Shown in pieces: positions 54,201 through 62,899 of a stretch of 64,000 nt of DNA (positions within the stretch are counted from its first letter, which is position 1; every line of letters starts with the position of its first letter). Both the position numbers and the translations under genes were made by a program. The notes under the pieces are model-generated. The model made no database searches. It was not told where the DNA came from and saw only the letters and a program-made list of their open reading frames with translations. This DNA is from Botryllus schlosseri (Eukaryota), in the NCBI GenBank assembly GCA_051294905.1, contig CM119371.1, positions 29,514,001 through 29,578,000 of the forward strand, read 5' to 3'.

Positions 54201-57200
54201 AGTTATTACCTTTTAATAGTCGATACGCACTGTTGTCCAGGGGTCAGCGCAGTGAGTTGTTGAGTGTGCGCAGACTCATCAAAACTTAAAGCGAACATTG
54301 TGAGGTTTCTTGGAAACTGTAGGGCCCGTTACTAATAATTAAACATATTCGGGCGGGCGAACCCGTTGGTATGACTTCGTTGCATGATGTTATTTCGTGA
54401 CCCCCTGTCTGCAATATAAAAAAATATAGAATCGCTCAACGGGGATATCGCCCGAAAGGAATATCCCTGTCGCCCAATCGTACTAAACTAAAAGACGCAC
54501 ACGATTTCAGATTGGTATTTCTTCACTGACATATAATTTTTCCCTGCCAGATGGAATTCGTCTTCTGGGGTTCAGATTGCCAAGACAGGAACATTCGGTG
54601 TCAGTCATTTAGGCGCCCATGGACAATTAAACCTATATGTATTTTGAAGGCTATATGTAACGAAGGTTTCGGTGTTAATTTGCTCTGAATACTCATTAAG
54701 GATATGTCCTATCACCACATCATCTACTGCGAAGCCATTTTTCTCCAGCGCCCCCCATACCGCCCCCCTGAGCCCAGCGCCCCCCATATCGCCCCCTGAG
54801 CGTTTCCGCCCCCCTTCAAAATCGCCAGCGCCCCCTGGGGGGCGCTGGGGGCAAGGTTAAGAACCACTGAGTTAGACTATCCAATTAGCTTGGGAAGTTT
54901 AGTAGCTCGCATTTCCTTTTGAGAAGAGTATTCTTGCTTGTGCGGAACCATGTTGGTAAAGGCACAGGTATCCCATTATGTTGCATCTGCACCCTCAATT
55001 GACGTCAATTTTCATGGCATTCTTGATTTTTGGAAAGCCTTCCAATTCCAAACATAGCTCATAGTACATAACATGCTGATCCCCTGCTTGAGACTTTGGC
55101 AGATTTCACAGTAGTATATCCAAAAGTACACCAACCACGCAGCACTTAAGAACCATCGGCCATCGCCTATTAACTACACTAGAAAATGAATATTAACAAA
55201 TCAGCCTATAAGTATATATCACTTTAAAATAGTATTCCGCCACAGCACCATATCCAAGCCTTGCAACAATTAATGAAATTCTATAGAAACAGTTACAATG
55301 AACATGCCTTCGTCATCATAAATGTCTTAAAACCAAAGCTACCAGTTATACAATTCGTCAAATAGACTACCGTATCCAAGACTATGTTTGCGAGAAAGCA
55401 GATTATGATACTACAATGGAGCCGTTCGAACACGACGTTCTTCGCGTCAACTTGAACCGCTGGCACTGTCGAGGAACCGTAACCTGATTGCCAACTAACC
55501 TATCAAATGATAATACTGACCCTTAGCTCGTGAATATACTCTAGACAACGAAAGAAACAAGTGCAATGCGACGAACAGCAACACACGGCGCAACCCGCAC
55601 AACTGCAAATGTCTTGACTTCTTCAACAACAACAACAACTACAACTGTATTCATCCGCACGAGTTTTTGCAGTGATATCAGTGGGTTATCCACCTGACTA
55701 GCAGCTCTTTTGGGACTAAAATGATTGTTTCCGTGTTAAAACGATATTCCATCATCTTAACACAATAAATCTTGGTCAGAATCCACTTGTGGTTTTGACT
55801 TGCGCGCTACTTACCATCTGCGTAGGTATAACCGTGAGATTTACACTGTTCCGGAGCTGGCCTCTTAATTTTCAGGTCAATAGGCAGACTGTAAGGCCGT
55901 GTTTTTAGTAGGCCATGGTTCAGTTTATTTTGAAATTTCATCATTTCAAGACACCACATGACTGCGATACAATGAAAAGATAGTAAGGCGTCGAATCGAC
56001 TTGGAGTAGTCTTTGAGATCAGAGACCCACCTGGACCTAGGCGATGTAAAGAGGAGGCATGCACAGTGCACACTGAATGAAAAGTAAAATAAGTTAATAT
56101 GAAAAGAAAAGCGATAAAATGAGTTGTCATGTGACGGTATTATTGGCGAGATCGATGTCAGGTCGGGGTCCGGTCTAGTAGACGGTTGACGAGTATTTAT
56201 TCAGTAGAAATTGCTAGTCTCCAGACTTGAATGTGTACATGCACATGTTTGACGACAGGGGATAGCCGGCCGGATACTGTTCCATACATTAGGTCTGGCA
56301 TATTTGATATATAGCGATGATCTTTCGCGTCGATCATATGATACTTGCATGATGCGGAAGCGCCTGTGTAGTACTTATGTACTTTTGATACCGAGGTAAA
56401 GAAGTCATTGAAATTCTAGGGGCAGTGACCACAGTAAGCGAAATGCCTTTTCGCTACAGATCCGTAATGGATATGGGACCTACTAATAGATGTATGATTC
56501 TATCGTACTTGAATCTTAAGATTTATCAAATCAGTACATATATTCAGAAACAAGTATATTTTGTCCAATTCAACTTTCCTATATGCAATAGAATCGTAAT
56601 AATGTTGGTGACAATGTATGGGTATGAGGAAGGAGGTGGTGTTCAACCAATTATAGCTCACTTGCAAATACATTGCCTTGATTGCAGCGCCTGTCATAAA
56701 CATAAAACTCTCGAACATTTTATCGTGAACTGTACATCGCAATAATTTCCTCGAACGTTCCCGCGCCGTGCTTGTGTTTATATGAACATTCTATTTCGCC
56801 CCGTGAACCTACTGACTGATCCAAGCATATTGAACTACCTGATAGAATATGTGCTGAGTTGTGATCGATCATCATAATTGATTAATGTCGTGGCGCTCAA
56901 AACCTATCGATGAAAGGCACCGCTCCCTTACTTATCGCAAATTAATAATAAATACACATTGTAGTGAACAGCGATGGTTCTCTCTCTCTCTAGATTCAAC
57001 GACACTGCGATCTTTAAAACGAAAGTAAATCGCAACGACAAGGAGCTCTTACTAAAATGGTTGGGCTTCCTAAACAACGGCAGTATTCAAGAGTCTGTCG
57101 ACAGGTATCTAAAACTATATCCTATGCATTGCGAAAGAGGAAGCTACTAACATTACGATTGATTGCCACGATAGCACGGAATGGGACACATTGAGAAGAC

Positions 57201-59357
57201 TCATTTCTGAAATCAATGAATACAGCCCGATTGTGGCCATTCACGAATTCGGGTATTATTCAAGTCATACAGTCTGCTTGCCAACGTTCTTTCCCGACCG
57301 AAGGAATGACGGATCGTGGGTGTACTCTCTGGTTCTTCTGTTGTTCAATTTCACGGCATTCTTGTTCATGCTGGTGTGCTACATTGCTCTGTACAGGTAT
57401 GAGTTATCACGTAGCTTTGGAACTACAATGCTAATTAGTAAATACACCAAATGTCAAATCAACGAATCTAGGAGGAATCATGAAAACGGGTAGTTGGAAA
57501 GGATAGGCTTGTGGACATTGTATTAATCACTTATTTCCTAGATTAAATTGAGATTATCCGCCAGCGAGAGTTGCAGTATGTTTACGAATCGATATTGATA
57601 TACTTTAAAATTTATTGTTATCAGGGGATCTATATTGTATATGTCTCAGTTTTGCGTGGTAAATTACGTAACCACGTTCCGTTTTGTGCAGACATCTGAT
57701 CTCGACTGTTTAGGAAAATGATACAGCCAAGCTAATGATAACCATATACCCCCGGCGCTAATCCTAGTGTATATAGGTTATGATAGGATATATCTGATGT
57801 AATTAGTACACGTGTCGGGTGTCTCTCTAACTGCACTATAGGCGTATATATAGCGTACTTTATAACGTTTTCGCTTTCGAAGCCTTCAGCATTTTGACTC
57901 GCCTATGAATTTCCTTAACATAATTTGACGCCTCCATACCCCGAGTCGTTAATTACACCGAATGCATTCCACAGAATAGCTAACGACATGAGGATTCTGG
58001 AATCATCAACGGCTCGCGAGAAACGGGACAAACAAAGTGTCGCAATGCAACGCAAACTTACTAGAATTCTCGCGTCCGATTTTTTGTGCTGGATGCCTGT
58101 CTGTATCATGGGTTTCTTGCAATTAGCAGGTATCAAACATATGCGGTTTTTATTTATTCATAAATCGTAATCATTCTTTTACTCATTTGAGTTTGGAATA
58201 CAAGTCCGTATCAAGGTACTGAATTAATATAGAAACATTCGAAATTCAAGTTTATGCCCAACATCGACCAGAGGCGTCAGTTCAGAACAGTGGTTCTCGA
58301 AATTTTTAAAAATAGTTACGAAGAGGTCCCTCGGCAATTTTAAACGACTCGCGGCCTCTTACAAAATCAGCTTAAACATGACTTTTGATCAATGTGACAG
58401 ATGTAGCCTATTTTTTTTCGACCAGCCCGGCTATGTATGACCCGGTTGAGCTTTTGAGAACGCAACTTTATTATCGTGAATCATATTCAACCGGTTCTAA
58501 TTGGCATTCAAGGCGCGAAAACGGTGGTCTTGGCCCTCATAGGGCGATCAACGTAAGATCAGAACCCTCTTGAATGTCCCGCGAGTAATTTCATCACCAC
58601 CCTTTTTAAATACGATTCGCAAACGGTATTTTTGCGATTCACGAACGAAGCGAAATAGCTAACGGCTAACGCAAGTCTCATTAATTTTCTTGGCTCAGTA
58701 AGCACAAACCAGTGTGCAGTTATATTCTCGTCGCGTGAAACGCGAAGTTGTTTAATGTTAAGGAATCAATCAATATTACCAATTACTTCGTTGAAGCAAG
58801 ATGTCATCTTGTCCAGCCTATCTCCCTAAACTTGAAATGCAAACCATAAACTAAAGATAGCACTTTCTTGATATCGAGTGTAACTTCAATTGCACCTGCC
58901 GGACATCATCGAGAATTTATACCAATGCGTAAGATGTCACATGTAGACTATCAGTTCTATCCTTCTACATGCCAGATGCCACGTTCAATGAACTTCCAAA
59001 ACAGCTTAATTGTCGATTAAAAACAAACAAAACATTATACTTCAACAAATAATTCCAGGAGTTGATATACCGAAGGACGCCTACCTGCCGACCGGCCTGC
59101 TAATTCTCCCGATAAACAGCGCTCTAAATCCATTCCTTTACTCTGACTATGTCGATCTCATACTAAGTCGCGCAAAGACATGCATGACACGGACAACGTA
59201 TTCCTTACGTGGAATCAAAGACAGAGGTAACATACGAAAGTCACGACTTTCAAATCTGCTCTAAAAAAGCAAGCTTGTTTCATTCACAGGGTCCGTTTCG
59301 GCGTCAACTCAAACCGCAGACCAGACGCTAGAATTGAAAGTTATTGATGTCAACTGA
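27383..59357 (+). CDS. LDLa-module-containing, LRR-less GRL101/LGR-like class A GPCR, paralogue 2 (19 exons, about 729 aa)
   Basis: Exons 27383-27443, 32924-33014, 35368-35513, 36269-36304, 36624-36779, 36846-36939, 37008-37054, 39032-39134, 43868-43951, 44835-44895, 46542-46671, 47324-47472, 47534-47715, 49708-49833, 56994-57104, 57175-57396, 57975-58129, 59059-59226, 59290-59357 join in phase (2190 nt). The 7TM exons are secure. The middle ectodomain exons are tentative and small exons may be missed. Confidence 0.85.
27650..29520 (-). mobile_element. Decayed hATm-like transposase 3' part and flank
   Basis: Minus-strand relics SDPRFMTAQEFV and ASLLQVVEDHRQSFQKFEKST resemble the hATm C-terminus (recalled, not searched); boundaries approximate. 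Confidence 0.6.
27987..28248. mobile_element. hAT-type MITE with agta/tact subrepeats
   Basis: cagaggtggtca / tgaccacctctg; perfect TSD atcatttg; inverted copy at 40292-40557. Confidence 0.9.
29575..30525 (+). mobile_element. Second, inverted hATm-like 3' fragment
   Basis: WMRLPFSEWHRYPHFMSAQEFV...CLLEVLE; reverse-complement similarity to about 27650-28690. Confidence 0.55.
30883..31834. mobile_element. Fold-back element, Kolobok-like ends (TTAA|GG)
   Basis: About 150-bp outer inverted arms plus a second inner pair of inverted arms (about 31350-31490 / 31545-31680). Confidence 0.7.
31875..32781. mobile_element. hAT-type non-autonomous element
   Basis: TIR caggggtgtcaaac / gtttgacacccctg; TSD gtatgaaa/atctgaaa; interior similar to about 41420-41720. 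Confidence 0.8.
32924..33014 (+). CDS. GPCR paralogue 2 exon (LDLa module 1)
   Basis: catcag|GA...CG|gtaaga; RICKRLRFKCSDSSDCLYLGHFCDGRTHC. Confidence 0.85.
33956..34274. mobile_element. hAT-type MITE (tagggttaccata family)
   Basis: tagggtttccata / tatggtaacccta; TSD tttttgag/tctttgag. Confidence 0.85.
35368..35513 (+). CDS. GPCR paralogue 2 exon (end of LDLa 1, LDLa-like 2)
   Basis: ttttcag|G GAT GGT AGC GAT GAG (DGSDE)...PCRIRDKYFCDGKTICVE G|gt. Confidence 0.85.
36269..36304 (+). CDS. GPCR paralogue 2 micro-exon
   Basis: ttccacag|GA ACG GAT GAA TGC...AAA G|gtacta; GTDECLCGEKNK completes the module. Confidence 0.75.
36624..36779 (+). CDS. GPCR paralogue 2 exon (LDLa module)
   Basis: CFRCLKSSTFIPVAKVCDGRFDCPDLTDECLC. 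Confidence 0.88.
36846..36939 (+). CDS. GPCR paralogue 2 ectodomain exon
   Basis: GQDPYLQCGESNISKRIDVNARQICDMNYV, flanked by 66- and 68-bp GT-AG introns. Confidence 0.65.
37008..37054 (+). CDS. GPCR paralogue 2 ectodomain exon
   Basis: tttacag|G TCG GAC TGC...; SDCKVVDNKKHCMRA. Confidence 0.6.
37438..38369. mobile_element. hAT-type MITE (tagggatggtgtgaac family), full length
   Basis: Perfect TIR and perfect 8-bp TSD ctatcgac. Confidence 0.93.
38507..38808. mobile_element. hAT-type MITE; inverted relative at about 49924-50580
   Basis: caggggtcagca / tgctgagaacccctg; shared interior (gagacggtgcgataa, tgtgaaagcaaattcattgttccacgcagag). Confidence 0.7.
39032..39134 (+). CDS. GPCR paralogue 2 ectodomain exon
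   Basis: tttag|GT...AA|gtgagt; LENTYQCLYDTHSASYSTCLRDKLHCKVFLDNH. Confidence 0.65.
39287..40712. mobile_element. Old tagggatggtgtgaac MITE interrupted by two younger MITEs (from 39661 and 40292-40557)
   Basis: Colinear with 5523-6492 once the inserts are removed; 40292-40557 has perfect TSD gttataat. Confidence 0.75.
43204..43776. mobile_element. piggyBac-like non-autonomous element
   Basis: TIR ccctagaccactaaggtgggg / ccccaccttagttggctaggg; degenerate TTAA flanks; internal ttgacccca repeats. Confidence 0.65.
43868..43951 (+). CDS. GPCR paralogue 2 ectodomain exon
   Basis: atag|G...CA|gtaagt; FLEIYYNSSSRWITCTADFENQGFCQI. Confidence 0.6.
44338..44606 (+). mobile_element. tRNA-derived SINE with (CT)n tail
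   Basis: A box TAGTGTAACGG at 44346-44356, B box GGTTCGATCCC at 44391-44401, non-tRNA body, (CT)n tail; 3' half repeated at 48241-48388. Confidence 0.85.
44835..44895 (+). CDS. GPCR paralogue 2 ectodomain exon
   Basis: ttttacag|A...CAG|gtaaaa; YQCTNASYQEVLANKDCKIQ. Confidence 0.6.
46542..46671 (+). CDS. GPCR paralogue 2 exon (last LDLa, start of TM1)
   Basis: tttgtag|GTA...A|gtgagt; VCDGHKDCVSGIDEC...SLITNKAVLAVVWVI. Confidence 0.9.
47324..47472 (+). CDS. GPCR paralogue 2 exon (TM1-TM2)
   Basis: IISIIGCASVV...KSLILSLSISDLLVG; 149 bp like 828-976. Confidence 0.9.
47534..47715 (+). CDS. GPCR paralogue 2 exon (TM2-TM3)
   Basis: WRSSTTCSVLGAFLVIGSEQSVLTMVLITIYRL. Confidence 0.92.
47850..47890. 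repeat. (AGT)n microsatellite
   Basis: About 13 perfect AGT units. Confidence 0.95.
48119..49122. mobile_element. hAT-type element containing a truncated SINE
   Basis: cagcggcgggcaac / gttgcccgcccctg; perfect TSD atttacat. Confidence 0.88.
48241..48388 (-). mobile_element. 5'-truncated copy of the tRNA-SINE
   Basis: Reverse complement of about 44460-44606, including the (GA)n tail. Confidence 0.85.
49708..49833 (+). CDS. GPCR paralogue 2 exon (TM4)
   Basis: PLSRPTFKRAILAIVISWLISIVIGLIPLIPSFEDYF. Confidence 0.9.
50010..50261 (-). mobile_element. LINE 3' UTR fragment
   Basis: Aligns with 23435-23670; (TTGAA)n tail. Confidence 0.85.
50658..51171. mobile_element. hAT-type MITE (tagggctgggca family)
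   Basis: Colinear with 2636-3149; perfect TSD gatatcac. Confidence 0.92.
51695..55917 (-). mobile_element. P-superfamily (THAP9/Galileo-like) DNA transposon with decayed transposase
   Basis: Perfect 59-bp TIRs starting CATGG, 7-bp TSD gttcagt; relics VMVDEMYLQK and YLFYDNVHLVQNLRNNLLN on the minus strand. Confidence 0.9.
53370..54869. mobile_element. hAT-type element nested in the P element
   Basis: TIR cagtggttcttaacct / aggttaagaaccactg; perfect TSD agttagac; gcgccccc subrepeats; contains MITE 54116-54300. Confidence 0.9.
55918..56435 (-). mobile_element. LINE 3' fragment (end of ORF2 plus 3' UTR)
   Basis: Aligns with 23435-23927; its tail continues at 51681-51694 on the other side of the P element. 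Confidence 0.88.
56994..57104 (+). CDS. GPCR paralogue 2 exon (ECL2)
   Basis: FNDTAIFKTKVNRNDKELLLKWLGFLNNGS. Confidence 0.88.
57175..57396 (+). CDS. GPCR paralogue 2 exon (ECL2-TM5)
   Basis: TEWDTLRRL...EFGYYSSHTVCLPTFFP...YSLVLLLFNFTAFLFMLVCYIALYR. Confidence 0.92.
57975..58129 (+). CDS. GPCR paralogue 2 exon (ICL3-TM6)
   Basis: MQRKLTRILASDFLCWMPVCIMGFLQLA. Confidence 0.92.
59059..59226 (+). CDS. GPCR paralogue 2 exon (TM7)
   Basis: IPKDAYLPTGLLILPINSALNPFLYSD; ends G|gtaaca. Confidence 0.9.
59290..59357 (+). CDS. GPCR paralogue 2 probable terminal exon
   Basis: ttcacag|GG TCC GTT TCG...AAC TGA after a 63-bp intron. Confidence 0.65.
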
Positions 59358-60930
59358 ACTGAGGGGATAAAATGGAATTGACTTGGAACGGAATGCTGAA
59401 ACCTTGAGCTACATCGCCCATTCCATTACTGGTGCAGATATATCAGATATAGTTCCTTGAAATATCGTGAATATACAGGAGTGAAAAAACCTATCCAATC
59501 CTCAAAATTTCATCAATCTGACATTTATGGTGAAAACAAGGATGGAAGAGATGGAAAACTAGTTTTTTTTATCGAGGTTAAGGAATTTCGGCCCGTGTAT
59601 ATTATTGTAAACATCTATTCAAGTCGTTTCCGCGAACATTTGTTGTGGAAAGTTTTGCTCGTGTCGCTAATGTCCATTTTTTAGTTACATATGGTATTTT
59701 TCTTTCCGCTAAGTTTCAGGAACAGACTAGCAATAACCTTAAAGAGTGTACAGACGAACGTGGTAAATCTCATAATGTAACCTCGCATATTTCTACTCGT
59801 AACGGTTTCCATGGCACGTCAAAACTACATGCTGGCCTGTACTTTACAATATGGAAGATTGGAATGAAGGTCCGGAAAATGGAAATACTCAAGCAGGTAG
59901 TTCAGAAAGCAAAGTTGGTCGGCCGGTCTCACAATTGTAGCAGTTCAGCGGAGGTAGGCTACATTCCAAATTGAAGGGTACATCCACACTACCCTTGAAA
60001 AATGACCAATCACGTAACCTAAAGGAGCAAGTATCTTAATATGTTTAGTTACCGCGATAAAGAGGCTCTTTCACCGAATGCTGTATTGATAATTTTACTT
60101 AACAGAAGTAATACAAACGGGTCATAAAGCTACACTTTTCTTTACATAATCCAGAGTGCAGAAAGTAAGTGGTGTTGACTTGAAGGACTGTATTATGGAA
60201 GTGGAAGTAGTCCGTAAGGATAGGCACTTCAGAGTAATAAGTGCATGTGGGTAAAAGTTCACAGTGTAATCTAAAAATGCAGTAATTCCTTATACTGACC
60301 CTCTATCGCCGCAGATTGCGACAGATTGCGATGTCTCGACAGTTGTGAAGTCACTGTATCAAATGAAGCCTTGCAATCGTAAGTCAAGGCGACACGAGAA
60401 TAATGCTATGTAGTGGTATGCACAGCCTATAAGAGCCAATTTTAACGGTAGCTCGTATTGCAACATGATCGAATATCCAGATGCAAGCTAGTCACAACGT
60501 AGGAAGGCGACAGCGAATTATACAACAATATCGATAATTATGACTACTAGGCCAGTTTATCTACATATAAGTCGAAAGGAAGCACATTATCAATTTATAC
60601 GAATGTCATGTAGTTTCTTTAGAATAGTAATCAAAAAACCTGGGATGAGTCATGAAAAAGGGTAGTTACGAAACGATAGGCTTGTGGATATTATATCCAT
60701 CCAAAAATTGGGTTAACTTATTTCGTAGAATGTTAGAAATGATCGGGCAATCTGAAATCCAATATTCTTACGAATCGATAGTTACTCATCTTCCTTAAAA
60801 TTTTCGGATAAGATATGAGCGAAAATCTTAACAGGAGATCTATATTATGACTCAGTTTGGAATGACAAATTACGTAACCATGTTCGTAATTGTGCATACA
60901 GCTGATTATGAAATGTTACACTGTATATGA

Positions 60931-61498
60931 TAGGGGTGGGCGACTAACGGCCGGCGACGGAATTTTGAGCAGCCCGCAGACAGTTTACGGTCTTACATGA
61001 TAATGCGTCTCGCGGCCACAGTCTTCCAAATTCTATGTGTCACCGAATCCATGAAGTTTGCCAACCTGAGCTGGTCATGACACTACCCGTTCTGTTCGGG
61101 TCTACGTACACGTACATTTTCGAGCAAACATTATCAACCTTGAACATTTACATGACAAAGATGCGTTCCAATCTAAGTAATGTTCGCGTGCAGTCTTTAC
61201 TATGGTTATCTACGTCCGACATGCAGCCAGAAATGAAAGAACTTGTTGACAATTTTGATCGACTGCGGATGTCTCATTGACTTTAACAGCTACCAAAGTG
61301 CTACATTATATTATTAAAGTCATTGAATACTGTTTTGGTCTCTATGCTTTAAGCTTAAAGTTTATATTAAATATGATTTGTTCCTTGTATTGGTGGATAA
61401 ATATGCGGCTAATGGATCCATATCCAGGAATCCGGTCTGCCAAGTATACTTCATTTACCCTTAACCGGCCTGGCGACTGAAGAAGTTATCAGCCCCTG
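60931..61498 (+). mobile_element. Charlie/SPIN-like hAT derivative retaining transposase C-terminus
   Basis: LFGSTYTYIFEQTLSTLNIYMTKMRSNLSNVRVQSLLWLSTSDMQPEMKELV...RMSH*; ends taggggtggg / agcccctg. Confidence 0.8.
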
Positions 61499-62772
61499 AT
61501 CTATCCGATAGTTCACACACAAGCCAGATAAGGGCAAAGGCACGACAATATTAGTTTTTGTAATGTCAAAACAGCGACTCGTCACTTCTGATTGTGCTCT
61601 CATGGATGCACCATTTTTATGAGCATGATCAGTTCATTCGATAAAATCTTTCCCGCTCCTATTAGTCCACCATTTGTAGTTTTTCTCGCGTCGTTTGTCC
61701 GACCGAGTGTTAAGACTTGACAACAACAACAAAAATTTGTCATTTCGTCTATCGATCTGCTTTAGAAGTTTGGTCTGTCGCGTGAATGTACCATTTTAAA
61801 AGACTCTCACGCGGAGAAGAAATAAGTAATTACGTGTGTAAGTAAGTCAATAAACTGCGTATTCTTGTCGATGAAATTGTCCTTTTTGTAACGTGATGTG
61901 AGATTTCGGTGTACAAAAATTATTTCTCAAACTCATGTTACATCAATCAGCATCAGCATATCAAGCAGCCGTCTTGAACTCTCAAAAGTTTATTAGATAA
62001 CACGTCACATACTTCTTATCAAAGTAAATAATCTTTCACAAGTTAATACGATATGTTGAATGTCACACGAAAGGGACTACAACATAAAATTAGGACATCA
62101 CAGTCATATTACGTCGGTAAATAATGGGTAATACGACGCCAAATAAAAACGCTTCGCAATATCCTGTCGCGACGAGGGACATGTCGCTGCTCCACTTCAC
62201 TTTACACAATGATTACGAGAAGTCTCCAGTCATTAAGACAAAGTAATATATGGAGCACCCGTATGCAGACTTTATACAAGAGGGCCTGATATGAATAACA
62301 CTGAAAAGCCTATAGGGCCGCGTATAGAATTTGAAGTAGCCGCCAAGTATCCACATCATAAAGAGATCGTCATCAATGATGGCGATACTTCTCAATAAAT
62401 GTCAATATCACAGATCAGATAGCGATCGTAAACATATTAATCCAGAACATTGTTTTCAGAATATTCGGTGAAATATGCCAAGAATATTCAAACGCCAAGG
62501 TAACATATGCATATCTCAGTGTTTGGCTCTTCTCGTAGCCCAAATCAGCCGAGCTAAAGAGTATCGAACTAAGAGAAATTGGAAAGTCATTTCGCGAGAT
62601 ATCATATACCATTACCAGATGTATTTTTCTTCTAGAGAAGAAAAATGTACCTCTACTGGCTGCTATCGACAATTGACTATTATTGGATGCTCTGTTTCAA
62701 TGTACAGTGTAAATAAATATGTTCCACTTTTTTGTAAACCAGGTGGCGAGCCGCGGGATAAGTAATTACAGT

Positions 62773-62854
62773 TTCGAAATTGATGATTAAACATCTTCTG
62801 CATATGAATTTATTCGAAATTGATGATTAAACATCTTCTGCATATGAATTTATT
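62773..62854. repeat. Perfect 40-bp tandem duplication in the zinc-finger gene 3' UTR
   Basis: ttcgaaattgatgattaaacatcttctgcatatgaattta x2. Confidence 0.95.
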
Positions 62855-62899
62855 GCCATAATGCAAGAGTGTCGGGAATCGCCCACAATAACGCGTGTA

